64,000 bases of DNA from positions 327,856 through 391,855 of the forward strand of contig CAWIYR010000003.1 of NCBI GenBank assembly GCA_963840375.1, written 5' to 3'. Origin of the DNA: an uncultured Chloroflexia bacterium (GTDB taxonomy: Bacteria > Chloroflexota > Limnocylindria > Limnocylindrales > CSP1-4). Within the stretch, counting starts at the first letter, position 1. The number at the start of each line of letters is the position of its first letter. The position numbers were made by a program, and so were the translations under genes. Of this stretch, positions 1 to 9,534 are shown in pieces. The notes beneath the pieces were generated by a model that had not been told where the DNA came from, searched no databases, and saw only the letters and a list, made by a program, of their open reading frames with translations.

Positions 1-1047
1 GAAGTCGAGGTCGAGGAACCGGTACGCCTCCGCCTCGGTCGCGAACGTCCGCAGCTCAGGCGTGCCGACCGCGCCCAGGCCCTCCGGATCGGCCGGCCCC
101 TCGTCGGTCGGGTCGATCCGGAGGAACCCCTTCTCGGACAGGCTCCAGCCCCGGTCCCGGGCCAGGCCGCGGAGGTGGACGTTGTGATCCTTCGAGCCCG
201 TGAAGTGGATGAGGTACGTCCCGGCGGTCCCCGGCGGCATCGTCATGAGGTCGACCTGGGGGCCGTCGGCGATCCGGACCGCAGCCTTGTGGGGACCGCC
301 GGCGAGCACCCCCTCGACCGACGGCAGGGTCGTGAACCGCTCGACGAGCGCCGCCGGATCGGTCGTCTCGGCCAGCAGATCCAGGTCGCCGATCGTCTCG
401 CGGCGACGACGGAACGAGCCCGCCGGGGTGATCGAGACCACGCCCGGGACGTCGCGGAGCGCGCTCAGCAACGTCTCGACCAGCGCCTCGGCGGTCCCGA
501 GAAGCATCCGCGCCTCGCGCGCCGCCAAGGTCGCGATCCCCTCGGCGATCGAGCGCTCGGTCTTCTCGGAGAGGCCCTTCACCGTCCGGATCCGACCGGC
601 CTCGGCCGCCTGACGAAGGTCGTCGAGGCTCTCGATGGCCAGGGTCTCGTGGAGGATCCGGACCGTCTTCGGACCGACCCCGGGGACCCGGAGCAGCTCG
701 ACCAGGCCGGGGGGCACCTCGGCCGCCAATCGGTCGTAGAAGCGGAGGTGACCGGTGGTGGCGAGCTCGGCGATCTTGTCGCTGATCGCCTGGCCCACGC
801 CGGGGATCCGGGGCGGGTCGCCGGCCCGGTAGGCGGCGACGACCTCGACCGGGCAGTGGGCGATCGCATCGGCCGCCCGGTGGTAGGCGACGGTCTTGAA
901 GACGAGCTCGCCCTTCACCTCGAGCATGTCGCCGATCTCGTGGAAGATCCGGGCCAGCTCGTCGTTCGAGAGGAGGGGGATGGCGGTGGGGTCGGCCTGC
1001 CCGGCGGCAGCCGCCGCCCCGGTCGGGTCCGCTGGCTCGGTCGGCAT
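1..1047 (-). CDS. polX: DNA polymerase X family (PolX, probably PolX-PHP), runs off the left edge
   Basis: Manual translation (not in the ORF track): LSNDELARIFHEIGDMLEVKGE..AYHRAA, HhH region, AGSFRRRRETIGDLD, QVDL, HFTGSKDHN; ATG at 1047 lies 6 nt after TACCCT. Confidence 0.92.
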   Translation of the reverse strand, partial: MPTEPADPTGAAAAAGQADPTAIPLLSNDELARIFHEIGDMLEVKGELVFKTVAYHRAADAIAHCPVEVVAAYRAGDPPRIPGVGQAISDKIAELATTGHLRFYDRLAAEVPPGLVELLRVPGVGPKTVRILHETLAIESLDDLRQAAEAGRIRTVKGLSEKTERSIAEGIATLAAREARMLLGTAEALVETLLSALRDVPGVVSITPAGSFRRRRETIGDLDLLAETTDPAALVERFTTLPSVEGVLAGGPHKAAVRIADGPQVDLMTMPPGTAGTYLIHFTGSKDHNVHLRGLARDRGWSLSEKGFLRIDPTDEGPADPEGLGAVGTPELRTFATEAEAYRFLDLDF

Positions 1048-1125
1048 CGCCCGAGGGTACAGGAGCCCCGGGCCCTCGCGCCCGCGGACGGTCGGCCGGG
1101 TCGGACTACCCGATGCGGAGACCGG

Positions 1126-2298
1126 TCACGCGGCGACGACCCGGTCGCGCCCACCCCGCTTGGCCCGGTAGAGCGCCCGGTCCGCGTCGGCGACCACCTC
1201 GGCGATCGGCGCGTCGGGATCGTGCTCGATCGCGACCCCCACCGAGACGCTGACCGGCGGGACGCCCATCGTCCGGAGATCGAGCGATCCCACGGCGGCC
1301 CGGATCCGCTCACCGACCTCCATGGCGACCCGCTCCGAGGGGTTCCGGAGCAGGACGGCGAACTCCTCCCCGCCGAATCGGGCCGGCACGTCGCCGTCGC
1401 GCACGGCGCCACCGATCGCCATGGCCACCGCCCGGAGGACCTCGTCGCCGGCATCGTGGCCGTAGCGGTCGTTGACCCGCTTGAAGTGGTCGATATCGAC
1501 CATCAGGACGCCGACCGCGTCGTCGGCCCGTCGGCGATGGGCCAGAAGGGCGCAGAACTCGTCGAAGTAGCGTCGGTTCGGGAGGCCGGTCAGGGCGTCG
1601 GTGGAGGCGCGCGTCTCGGCATCCCGATGCGACGCGACGCGACCGAGCGCCGCCGCCGCCTCGATGGCCGCGGCCTGGAGGATCCGCCGCGAGGCCGCCG
1701 ACCACGGTTCGTCGATCCGCCGGGCGAGGACGATCGCCCCGATGAGCCCCTGCTCGCCTCGGAGCGGGGCGGCGATCGTGTTCGAGAGACCGAAGACGGT
1801 CCGCACCCGCGCCTCCAGGTCACCGTCGGGGTCGAGGTCGGAGAGGGGCAATCGGGTGATGCTCGTCGGGTCCTCCGGCCGCGCCCCGGCCAGCCGCGCC
1901 TCGAGCACGCCGTCGTCCGCCCGGAGTCGGACGACGACCGTGTGGTCGGCGCCGGTGCCGACGGCCAGGTCGCCGACGATCGCCTCGACGATCTCGTCCG
2001 GCGAGCCCGACCGGGACAGTCCCTGGAGGATCCGCGCGACGTGCTCCGCCTCGAGCCGTCGCTCCGCCTCACGACGCGAGACGGCGCGGTGATGACCGGT
2101 CGCCGCGGCGGCGGTCAGCCCGATGAGGACGAGGACGACGAGATCGAGGACCCGGACCGGTCCCACGGCCAGGGCCAGCGTCGCGGCGCCGGCCAGGAGG
2201 GCGAACGAGCCGACCAGGAGTCGCCAGGTCGTCCGAAGCCTGCGAGCGCTGGGTTCGGACCCGACCGGATCGTGGCTGGGGGGCACGGGCGACGCCAC
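1126..2298 (-). CDS. Membrane-anchored GAF-like + GGDEF diguanylate cyclase
   Basis: Two N-terminal TM segments; DALTGLPNRR, DIDHFKRVND, RDGD I-site, GGEEF. Confidence 0.92.
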   Translation of the reverse strand: MASPVPPSHDPVGSEPSARRLRTTWRLLVGSFALLAGAATLALAVGPVRVLDLVVLVLIGLTAAAATGHHRAVSRREAERRLEAEHVARILQGLSRSGSPDEIVEAIVGDLAVGTGADHTVVVRLRADDGVLEARLAGARPEDPTSITRLPLSDLDPDGDLEARVRTVFGLSNTIAAPLRGEQGLIGAIVLARRIDEPWSAASRRILQAAAIEAAAALGRVASHRDAETRASTDALTGLPNRRYFDEFCALLAHRRRADDAVGVLMVDIDHFKRVNDRYGHDAGDEVLRAVAMAIGGAVRDGDVPARFGGEEFAVLLRNPSERVAMEVGERIRAAVGSLDLRTMGVPPVSVSVGVAIEHDPDAPIAEVVADADRALYRAKRGGRDRVVAA

Positions 2299-2397
2299 GT
2301 CGTGAGGATGCGCGTGCGAACACCCGTTCGTCCAGCCCGCGGCGGTAGTACCTCCGTCGGTTCTCCCATGGTACGAAGGTACCGTCCGACGACCCGG

Positions 2398-4887
2398 TCA
2401 GTCCGCCGTGGCGCCGACCTGCTCCCGTCGCACCCGGCGGGTCCGGGCCGGCGGATCGACCGGCCGGACGGTCGCGTGGCCGGTCTCGACCTTGACCCGG
2501 TACATCTCGTCGTCGGCCACGGCGATGAGCTCGCTCCCGGTCCGGCCGTCGGCCGGGAACGCGGCGACGCCGATCGAGGCACCGACCGGGACCGTCCCCC
2601 GCTCCTCGCTCTCGAACCCGCGGGCGCGCAACGCGTCCACGATCCGGGCGGCGGCGCGGTCGGCGGCGGCACGGTCCGTGTCGGGCAGGATGACCGCGAA
2701 CTCGTCACCGCCGTAGCGGGCCGCGATGTCGCTCACCCGGAGGGTCGTCCGGATCTGCTCCGCGGTCCAGGCCAGGACGCGATCGCCGAAGAGGTGGCCG
2801 AACGTGTCGTTGACCAGCTTGAAGTCGTCGAGGTCGATCATCAGGATCGCCAGCGCCGAGCGGGCACGCTGGGCCCGGACGATCTCCTCGCCGAGGCGCT
2901 GGTGCAGATACCGGTGGTTGTAGAAGCCGGTCAGCTGGTCGCGGTCGGCGAGCTCGCGGGCGTCCTGGTAGAGGCGGGCGTTCTCGAGCGCCATCGCGGC
3001 TTCGTTGGCCATCGTCCGGGCCAGCTCCAGCGACGACTCGTCGAGGACCACCGGCGAGCGGCTCATCAGCTCGGCCAGGCCGATCGAGCGACCCTTGGCC
3101 ACGAGCGGGAGCATCGCCGAGACGGCGTCGCCCTGGGCCACGAGGTAGGCCACCTCGGCCGGGTCGGCCGTGGCGTCGTCGACCCGGATGATCGAGGCGG
3201 TCTGCTCCTCGAGGACCCGGGTCGTCTCGGGGAACCCCGCCAGGGCGAAGATCGGCTGGATCTCATCGGGTGGGACGGGCGGCCAGTAGCCGAGGGTCAG
3301 GAGGCGGTCGGCCGGTCGGTCCCACCAGCTGATCGCGCACTCGTCCACCCCGAGCGCGTCGACCATGTGCCGGGCGATGAGGTCGCCCACCTCGCGCGGG
3401 TCGAGGCTCTGGGCCAGCCCGCTGCTCATCTCGAGCAGTCGCCGGAGCTCGGCGGCGAGACGCTCGCTGCGGTCGAGCAGTCGGGCGGACTCGACCGCGG
3501 TCGCGGCCTGGTCGGCGAGGATCGACAGGAGCCGCAGGTCGTCCTCGTGGAACTGGTCCAGCCCGAGCTTCGAAAGGGTGATCACCCCGCTGACCCGCTC
3601 GTCGTAGCGCATCGGCACGCAGAGCATCGATTCGGGCACGTCGTCGGTGCCGGGGATCGTCGCGCCACGCGGGTCGGCGTTCGCGTCCGGGACGAGGAGC
3701 GCCTCGCCGCTGCCCGCGACCCAGCCGGTGAAGCCCTCGCCGACCTTCGTCCGGAGCAGGGCGAGGTCCACCTTCTCGTACTCCCCCACCCGTCCCTCGA
3801 AGGCGATCGGGACGACGTCATCGGGCTCCTCCAGGAGGTAGACCCGGCAGTTGTGGTAGTCGATGATCCGGCCGACCTCCTCGACGATCGCCCGGCCGAC
3901 CGATCCGACCGTGTTCTGCCGGCTCATCCGCGCCGAGGCGGCCTGGAGGACGGCGAGCTGCGCGGCCCAGCCCTCGGTCCGGGTGAAGAGGTCGGCATTG
4001 TGGATGGCCATCGCGGCGTGGGTCGCGACGGCCACGACGAACTCGACGTCGGCCGGCGGCCAGGCCCGGCGCTCGTGGGTGAAGACGGACAGGGCGCCGA
4101 TGACCCGGTCCTCGAGGAGGAGCGGCACCGAGATCGACGACGCGAGGTCGATGATCCCGTCGTACATCCCCGACCGGCGGGCGGCCCGACCCTCCGCCGC
4201 GGCCCCGCCGACGCCGTCCAGGTCGGCAACAGCGTCAGCTCCCGCGTCCGACCCGTCGTCGACGATCGGGCGCCGGCTCCGCATGAGGGCGCCGAACCAC
4301 GCGTCGTCGAGTCCGAGCACCGGGAGCCGCCGGGCGACCTCGTCGCCCGACCCGGCCCACGCCCTGAGGACCGCCCCGTCGCCCTCGACGATCCTGATCG
4401 TCGCTCCGTCGGTCCCGAGCACGCGGTTCACCTCGGTGACGATCGTCCGGAAGATCGCGTCGCGGTCGAGCGTGGTGGTCAGCGCCCGGGCGATCCCCAG
4501 GACGGCCTCGAGTCGCTGGCTGAGGAGCGTCTCAGTGGCCGCCTCCGCCGCGGACGACATCGCGGCCCGGAGCATCGCCGCCCGGAGCGCCAGCGAGGCG
4601 ACCACGAGGATGACGAGCTCGGCGAGGATCGCCGCGTCGAGGATGGTCCGGGGATCCGCGTCGGCGGCCATCGGCGCGATGGTGACCGCGATGGTCCCGA
4701 GCCCGATGGCGAGCGCGCGACGGCGCGGCAGGAAGACCGCCGAGAAGAAGAGCGGGACCGAGGCCAGCCCGATGCCGAGTGGCTGGTCGGCGCCCACGGT
4801 GACCCGGATCGCCGCGTAGCCGAGGAGGGCGAGCAGGGCGATGGCCCCGGTCGGAAGCGTGCTCGCGACCGGGGCGTCGACGGTCAT
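2398..4887 (-). CDS. Membrane-anchored multi-GAF + GGDEF diguanylate cyclase
   Basis: TM region, three GAF-like repeats, DQLTGFYNHR, RVSD I-site, GGDEF; start chosen at MTVDAP (uncertain). Confidence 0.9.
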   Translation of the reverse strand: MTVDAPVASTLPTGAIALLALLGYAAIRVTVGADQPLGIGLASVPLFFSAVFLPRRRALAIGLGTIAVTIAPMAADADPRTILDAAILAELVILVVASLALRAAMLRAAMSSAAEAATETLLSQRLEAVLGIARALTTTLDRDAIFRTIVTEVNRVLGTDGATIRIVEGDGAVLRAWAGSGDEVARRLPVLGLDDAWFGALMRSRRPIVDDGSDAGADAVADLDGVGGAAAEGRAARRSGMYDGIIDLASSISVPLLLEDRVIGALSVFTHERRAWPPADVEFVVAVATHAAMAIHNADLFTRTEGWAAQLAVLQAASARMSRQNTVGSVGRAIVEEVGRIIDYHNCRVYLLEEPDDVVPIAFEGRVGEYEKVDLALLRTKVGEGFTGWVAGSGEALLVPDANADPRGATIPGTDDVPESMLCVPMRYDERVSGVITLSKLGLDQFHEDDLRLLSILADQAATAVESARLLDRSERLAAELRRLLEMSSGLAQSLDPREVGDLIARHMVDALGVDECAISWWDRPADRLLTLGYWPPVPPDEIQPIFALAGFPETTRVLEEQTASIIRVDDATADPAEVAYLVAQGDAVSAMLPLVAKGRSIGLAELMSRSPVVLDESSLELARTMANEAAMALENARLYQDARELADRDQLTGFYNHRYLHQRLGEEIVRAQRARSALAILMIDLDDFKLVNDTFGHLFGDRVLAWTAEQIRTTLRVSDIAARYGGDEFAVILPDTDRAAADRAAARIVDALRARGFESEERGTVPVGASIGVAAFPADGRTGSELIAVADDEMYRVKVETGHATVRPVDPPARTRRVRREQVGATAD

Positions 4888-5172
4888 GCCGCCGGCCGGT
4901 GGCGCGGCCCTTGACCCGGACCCGGCAGGTCGACCGAGCACGCCCGGGCCAGTTCCCGCCGGATCGGCCGGCTGGAACGGAGGATCCGTTCGATGCGCGC
5001 TCGACGCCGCCCGGCCCGACCCCACGTTTCGGCGGACGGTCGGCAGGTGCATCGCCCCGCCATCGTGGCAGCGTCGCCGATCGTGAACGCCTCATCCTTG
5101 GTACCGGCGTCCAGGTCCCGTCGTACCACCCCACGACCGGCCGGATGAGCGCGGATGCGACCCTCCCGGCGG

Positions 5173-5202
5173 TTGACCGGCCGCTCACGGCGCGACTACA
5201 CT
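5173..5202 (+). promoter_or_regulatory. Sigma70-type promoter of the Mg2+ transport operon
   Basis: TTGACC-N18-TACACT about 220 nt upstream of the ATG at 5424. Confidence 0.65.
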
Positions 5203-5288
5203 CGGCCGGGACCCAGCCGGATACCCGCGTCGTCGTGCGCCCGTGTCCCGTGAGCCCCGTCCAAGCAGCACCGGAGGATGACTCCCTC

Positions 5289-5360
5289 GTGGAGCCAGGA
5301 CCCAGTCGTGGCGGCGCCCGGGGCGCCGCTGGAATGAACCCGGTCCGTCCGGCCCTCTGA
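5289..5360 (+). CDS. Putative MgtL-like leader peptide MEPGPSRGGARGAAGMNPVRPAL (23 aa)
   Basis: GGAGGA at 5273-5278, GTG 10 nt later, stop at 5358-5360; lies in the long leader of an Mg2+ transport operon. Confidence 0.5.
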   Translation: MEPGPSRGGARGAAGMNPVRPAL

Positions 5361-5423
5361 CGGCCTGCGCCCCCGCGGCGCGCGCCACCGGCGAGCGGGA
5401 CGGTTCCCGCCGCGAGGTGGCAG

Positions 5424-6680
5424 ATGCTCTACCTGAGCCAGGCGATCGGCCGGCCCGTGCGCGACCGGACCGGTGAGCCGATCGGCAAGGTGGCCGACCT
5501 CATCGTCGCCGTCGGCGACCGCTACCCGCCGGTGACCGGGCTGGTCGTCGAGACGGACCGGCGCCGGATCTTCCTGCCCTGGTCGTCGGTCGAATCGCTC
5601 GACGCGACCGGCGCCCGGCTGCGCACCGCCACGATCGACATCGAGAAGTTCCACCAGCGCCCGGACGAGATCCTCCTCAGGTCCGACCTCCTCGACAAGC
5701 AGATCGTGGACATCGACGGACGCAAGGTCGTCCGGGTCAACGACCTCCGCCTCGACGAGGTCGAGGGCGCCCTGCACCTCGTGGCGGTCGACGTCGGCGC
5801 CGCCGGGCTTCTTCGGCGCTTCGGGGTGGAGCGGGGCTATCGCGTGCTTGCGCGCAACCTCCGGCGGCCGGTCGCCGAGCGCTACATCGACTGGGAGGAC
5901 GTCGACCCGGTCGAGACCTCGATCGCCTCGATCAAGCTGCGGGTGCCGCACCGGGGACTGGCCGAGCTCCACCCGGCCGACCTCGCCTCGATCCTCGAGG
6001 AGCTCGCCCCGCGCGACCGGGCCGGCGTCCTCGCCTCCCTCGACGACGAGGCCGTCGCCGACGCGATCGAGGAGATGGAGCCGGATACCCAGGTCGAGGT
6101 CCTGGAGGACCTGGCGCCCGAGCGCGCGGCGGACATCCTCGAGGAGATGAGCCCGGACGACGCCGCCGACCTGGTGGCCGACCTGGACCAGGAGACCCGC
6201 GACGAGATCTTCGCCCACATGGAACGCGACGAGGTGGAGGAGGTCCAGGAGCTCCTGGGCTACCCGGAGGACTCGGCGGGCGGGATCATGACGACCGAGT
6301 ACATCGCCGTGGAGGAGCACCTGACCGCGGCCGAGGCGATCGACCGGCTGCGCGAGCTGGAACCCGACGCCGAGACGATCTACTACGTCTATGTCACCGA
6401 CGAGACGGACCGGCTGACCGGCGTCCTCTCGCTGCGCGACTTGATCGTGGCCAGGCCGGAGACGCGGATCAAGGACGTGATGATCCACGAGCCGGTGGCC
6501 GTGGCGGTCCTCGCCGACCAGGACGAGGTCGCCGAGGTGGTCGCCCACTACAACCTCCTCGCGGTCCCGGTCGTGGACGACGAGGGACGGCTGGTCGGGA
6601 TCGTGACGGTCGACGACGCGATCGACACGGTCATCCCGACCGCCTGGAAGAAGCGCCTCCCGCGCGTGTTCAGCCGGTAG
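5424..6680 (+). CDS. MgtE cytosolic-domain protein (PRC barrels + MgtE_N + CBS pair), no TM domain
   Basis: PRC-like N-terminus; LHPADLA, acidic helical repeats, YPEDSAGGIMTTE, YYVYV, LVGIVTVDDAID; ends without a hydrophobic domain. Confidence 0.9.
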   Translation: MLYLSQAIGRPVRDRTGEPIGKVADLIVAVGDRYPPVTGLVVETDRRRIFLPWSSVESLDATGARLRTATIDIEKFHQRPDEILLRSDLLDKQIVDIDGRKVVRVNDLRLDEVEGALHLVAVDVGAAGLLRRFGVERGYRVLARNLRRPVAERYIDWEDVDPVETSIASIKLRVPHRGLAELHPADLASILEELAPRDRAGVLASLDDEAVADAIEEMEPDTQVEVLEDLAPERAADILEEMSPDDAADLVADLDQETRDEIFAHMERDEVEEVQELLGYPEDSAGGIMTTEYIAVEEHLTAAEAIDRLRELEPDAETIYYVYVTDETDRLTGVLSLRDLIVARPETRIKDVMIHEPVAVAVLADQDEVAEVVAHYNLLAVPVVDDEGRLVGIVTVDDAIDTVIPTAWKKRLPRVFSR

Positions 6681-6689
6681 CCCGGGACG

Positions 6690-8087
6690 ATGCCCGGGAC
6701 CCGCAGGGAGCCGCCGTCGGTCGGTCCGGGCAAGCCGGCCCGCCCGAGCCCACGTACCCGGCTCGTGGTCGCGGCCGGGACCGTGACCGCCGTGGCCAAC
6801 GCCCGCCGCCGACGTCCACGCCCGCGATCGGTCTCGCCCCTCCCGCACCTGCCCATCTGGCGGGTCCGCCTGCTGGCGACGCTGGCCGTCCTCGGTCCCG
6901 GGCTGGTCAGCGGCTTCGCCGACAACGATGCCGGCGGGATCACCACCTACTCCCTCGTCGGGGCGAAGTTCGGCTACCAGCTGCTGTGGGTGATCCTGGC
7001 CAGCCAGATCGTCCTGTTCTTCACCCAGGAGGTGGGGGCACGCCTCGGTCTCGCGACCGGCAAGGGGCTGATGGGGCTCATCCGGGAGCGCTGGGGCGTC
7101 CGCTGGGGGGCCTTCGCGGCCTCGCTCATGCTCATCGCCAACCTGGGGTCCACGGTGGCCGAGTTCGCCGGCATCGGGTCGGCCCTGGGGATCTTCGGGA
7201 TCCCGCCCCAGATCAGCGCCGCCGTGGCCGCGGTCGTCGTGGTCGCGTTCATCGCCCTCGGCAGCTACAGCCGGGTCCAGTACCTCTTCGTGGGCATCGG
7301 CATCTTCGTGTCGCTCGCCTACGTCATCTCGGCGTTCCTGGCCGGCCCGGACTGGCAGGCGGCGTTCCACGCCATGTTCGTCCCCCAGCTGTCGTCGTCG
7401 CCGATCTACTGGCTGGCCGTGGTCGGCACGGTCGGGACGACGATCACCCCGTGGGGCCAGGCGTTCATCCAGTCGTACGTCGCCGACAAGGGCCTCCGCC
7501 CGGACGACCTCCCGGCGAGCCGGATCGACGTCTTCGCCGGGGCGCTGCTGACGAACGTCATCGCCGCGTTCATCGTCATCTGCTGCGCGGCCACGCTCTA
7601 CGCCACCGGCCAGACGACGATCACCAGCGCGTCCGAGGCGGCCCAGGCCCTGGCGCCCATCGCCGGTCAGGGCGCCAGCGTGCTGTTCGCGGTCGGCCTC
7701 CTCGGCGCGTCCTTCCTGGGCCTCGGCGTCGTGCCCCTGACCAGCGCGTACACCACCTGCGAGGCGTTCGGGTGGGAGACCGGGGTGGACTGGAACTGGC
7801 GCGAGGCGCCGGCCTTCTACGGCCTGCTGGCCTTCTTCATCGGCTTCGCCGCCATGTTCGTCATGATCCCGGGCCTGCCGCTCATCCAGGTGATGTTCCT
7901 GGCCCAGGTCCTCAACGCCCTGCTCCTGCCGTTCATCCTCGTCTTCGTCATGCGTCTCGCGACGGACCGCGACCTGATGGGTCCGCTCGCCAGCGGCCGG
8001 CTCCTCGGGACGATCGGCTGGCTCGCGACCGCCGTCCTCATCGGCCTTTCGCTCATCCTCGTGGCGACGAGCCTCAGCGGGACGTGA
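6690..8087 (+). CDS. NRAMP-related Mg2+ transporter (NRMT-type SLC11)
   Basis: GPGL..ADNDAGG (TM1) and GTTITPW (TM6) in place of DPGN/AxMPH; many TM segments; true start may be later (~6783). Confidence 0.85.
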   Translation: MPGTRREPPSVGPGKPARPSPRTRLVVAAGTVTAVANARRRRPRPRSVSPLPHLPIWRVRLLATLAVLGPGLVSGFADNDAGGITTYSLVGAKFGYQLLWVILASQIVLFFTQEVGARLGLATGKGLMGLIRERWGVRWGAFAASLMLIANLGSTVAEFAGIGSALGIFGIPPQISAAVAAVVVVAFIALGSYSRVQYLFVGIGIFVSLAYVISAFLAGPDWQAAFHAMFVPQLSSSPIYWLAVVGTVGTTITPWGQAFIQSYVADKGLRPDDLPASRIDVFAGALLTNVIAAFIVICCAATLYATGQTTITSASEAAQALAPIAGQGASVLFAVGLLGASFLGLGVVPLTSAYTTCEAFGWETGVDWNWREAPAFYGLLAFFIGFAAMFVMIPGLPLIQVMFLAQVLNALLLPFILVFVMRLATDRDLMGPLASGRLLGTIGWLATAVLIGLSLILVATSLSGT

Positions 8088-9489
8088 CGACCTCGCCGTA
8101 CTCGAGCGGATAGCCCTGGGCGGCCCAGGTCGCGACGCCGCCGGAGACCCAGGTCGCGTCCCGGAAGCCGGCAGCCCGGAGCAGCGACGCCGCGATGCTC
8201 GCCCGGTAGCCGCTGGCGCAGATCGTGGCGATCGGCCGGTCGCGGGGGAGGTCGTCGAGACGGCCCGGCAGCTCGCCGGCACCGATCGGCCACGCTCCGA
8301 ACAGGTGGCCGGACTCGAACTCGGCCGGCTGTCGGACGTCGATCACGAGCGGTGCGTCGGGGCCGCCGGCGGCGACCGCCCGGGCGAGCCCATGGACGTC
8401 GAGCTCGCCTCCGGCCTCGACCGGGAGACCCGTCTCCGCCCACGCGCCCACCCCACCCTGGAGATGGCCGACGAGGGTGTCGTCGAAGCCGATCCGACGC
8501 GCCTGGCGGACGGCGTCCTCCCAGTCCTCCGGACGCTCGATGACGAGGACGATCGGACGGTCGGGATCGGTCGCGACCCAGCCGAGCCACGTCCCGAAGG
8601 AGCTCCCGACCGGGATCGACAGGGAGCCCGGGAGGTGGGCGGCCACGTGCGCCTCGGGCGCCCGGGCATCGATCACCAGCGCACCGCGGGTCACCGCGTC
8701 GCGGACCGCCGAGGGCGACAGCGGCCGCAACGCCGGCAGCGGCCCGAGGACCCGTGGACCCGCCTGGTTGGTGGGGCGCATCCGGGCGAAGTAGTGCGGG
8801 AACGTCGGCTGGCCGACGAGCAGGGCCCGGGCGAAGGCGTCGGGATCCGCGATCCGCAGGAGCGGATCGTGCCGACGCTCGAAGCCGATGGTCGACTCGG
8901 GCATCGCCGAGATCCCGGTCGAGCAGAGCGAGCCCGCCCCGTGGGTCGGGTAGACGCCAACGAAATCCTCGTGGCGGAGGATCACCTCGTGGAGCGAGCG
9001 GTGCATCGCCCGGGCGTACTCCAGGGCGTGCTCCTGGCCGAGGAGGTCCGTCCGGCCGACAGCGCCGACGAGGATCGAGCCGCCGCTGAACATCACGATC
9101 GGCTCTTCGGCGCGGGTGGTGTCGGCCACCGCGTAGGCGACGTGCTCGGGCGTATGGCCCGGCGTCTCGAGGACGTCGAACCGGAGCGACCCGACCGCCA
9201 GCGCCTCGCCGTGACGGACCGCGCGGAACGGATGGCGGAGCTCGGCCCCGGCTCCGATCACCTGCTCGGCCCCGGTCGCCGCCGCGAGCTCCCGGCCACC
9301 GGAGACGTAGTCGTTGTGAAGGTGGGTCTCGAGGACGTGGCTGATCCGGACGTCGAGCTCGGCCGCGGCGGCCAGGTAGGCGTCGACGTCCCGACGCGGG
9401 TCGACGACGACCGCGAGCCCGGTCGCCTCGTCGGCCACGAGCGCGGAGAGGTGCCCGAGACCCTCGAGCGAGAACCGGCGGATGAGCAT
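8074..9489 (-). CDS. MBL-fold hydrolase/persulfide dioxygenase with two rhodanese domains
   Basis: THLHNDY, TPGHTPEH, HGAGSLC, C-terminal CASGYR rhodanese loop. Confidence 0.9.
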   Translation of the reverse strand: MLIRRFSLEGLGHLSALVADEATGLAVVVDPRRDVDAYLAAAAELDVRISHVLETHLHNDYVSGGRELAAATGAEQVIGAGAELRHPFRAVRHGEALAVGSLRFDVLETPGHTPEHVAYAVADTTRAEEPIVMFSGGSILVGAVGRTDLLGQEHALEYARAMHRSLHEVILRHEDFVGVYPTHGAGSLCSTGISAMPESTIGFERRHDPLLRIADPDAFARALLVGQPTFPHYFARMRPTNQAGPRVLGPLPALRPLSPSAVRDAVTRGALVIDARAPEAHVAAHLPGSLSIPVGSSFGTWLGWVATDPDRPIVLVIERPEDWEDAVRQARRIGFDDTLVGHLQGGVGAWAETGLPVEAGGELDVHGLARAVAAGGPDAPLVIDVRQPAEFESGHLFGAWPIGAGELPGRLDDLPRDRPIATICASGYRASIAASLLRAAGFRDATWVSGGVATWAAQGYPLEYGEVVTSR

Positions 9490-9534
9490 GGTCGGAGCCT
9501 AGCACCGGGCGGGCGTCCCCCGGTCGACGGCGTC

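Noticed and set aside
1-1047. Possibly inactive (non-canonical) PolX
   Set aside because: Catalytic GDLD and the third Asp (QVDL) are intact, so it looks like an ordinary PolX
175-4914. 1579-aa plus-strand ORF and other very long ORFs (5196-8282, 36802-39669, N-terminal part of 48326-52219)
   Set aside because: Antisense or shadow frames of real genes; stop-poor because of extreme GC codon bias; no recognisable motifs
5278-5337. Alternative uORF MTPSWSQDPVVAAPGAPLE
   Set aside because: The ATG abuts the GGAGG with no spacing; the GTG at 5289 has proper spacing
5200-5423. M-box or yybP-ykoY riboswitch ahead of the Mg2+ genes
   Set aside because: Consensus elements not recognisable by eye; a covariance search is still advisable
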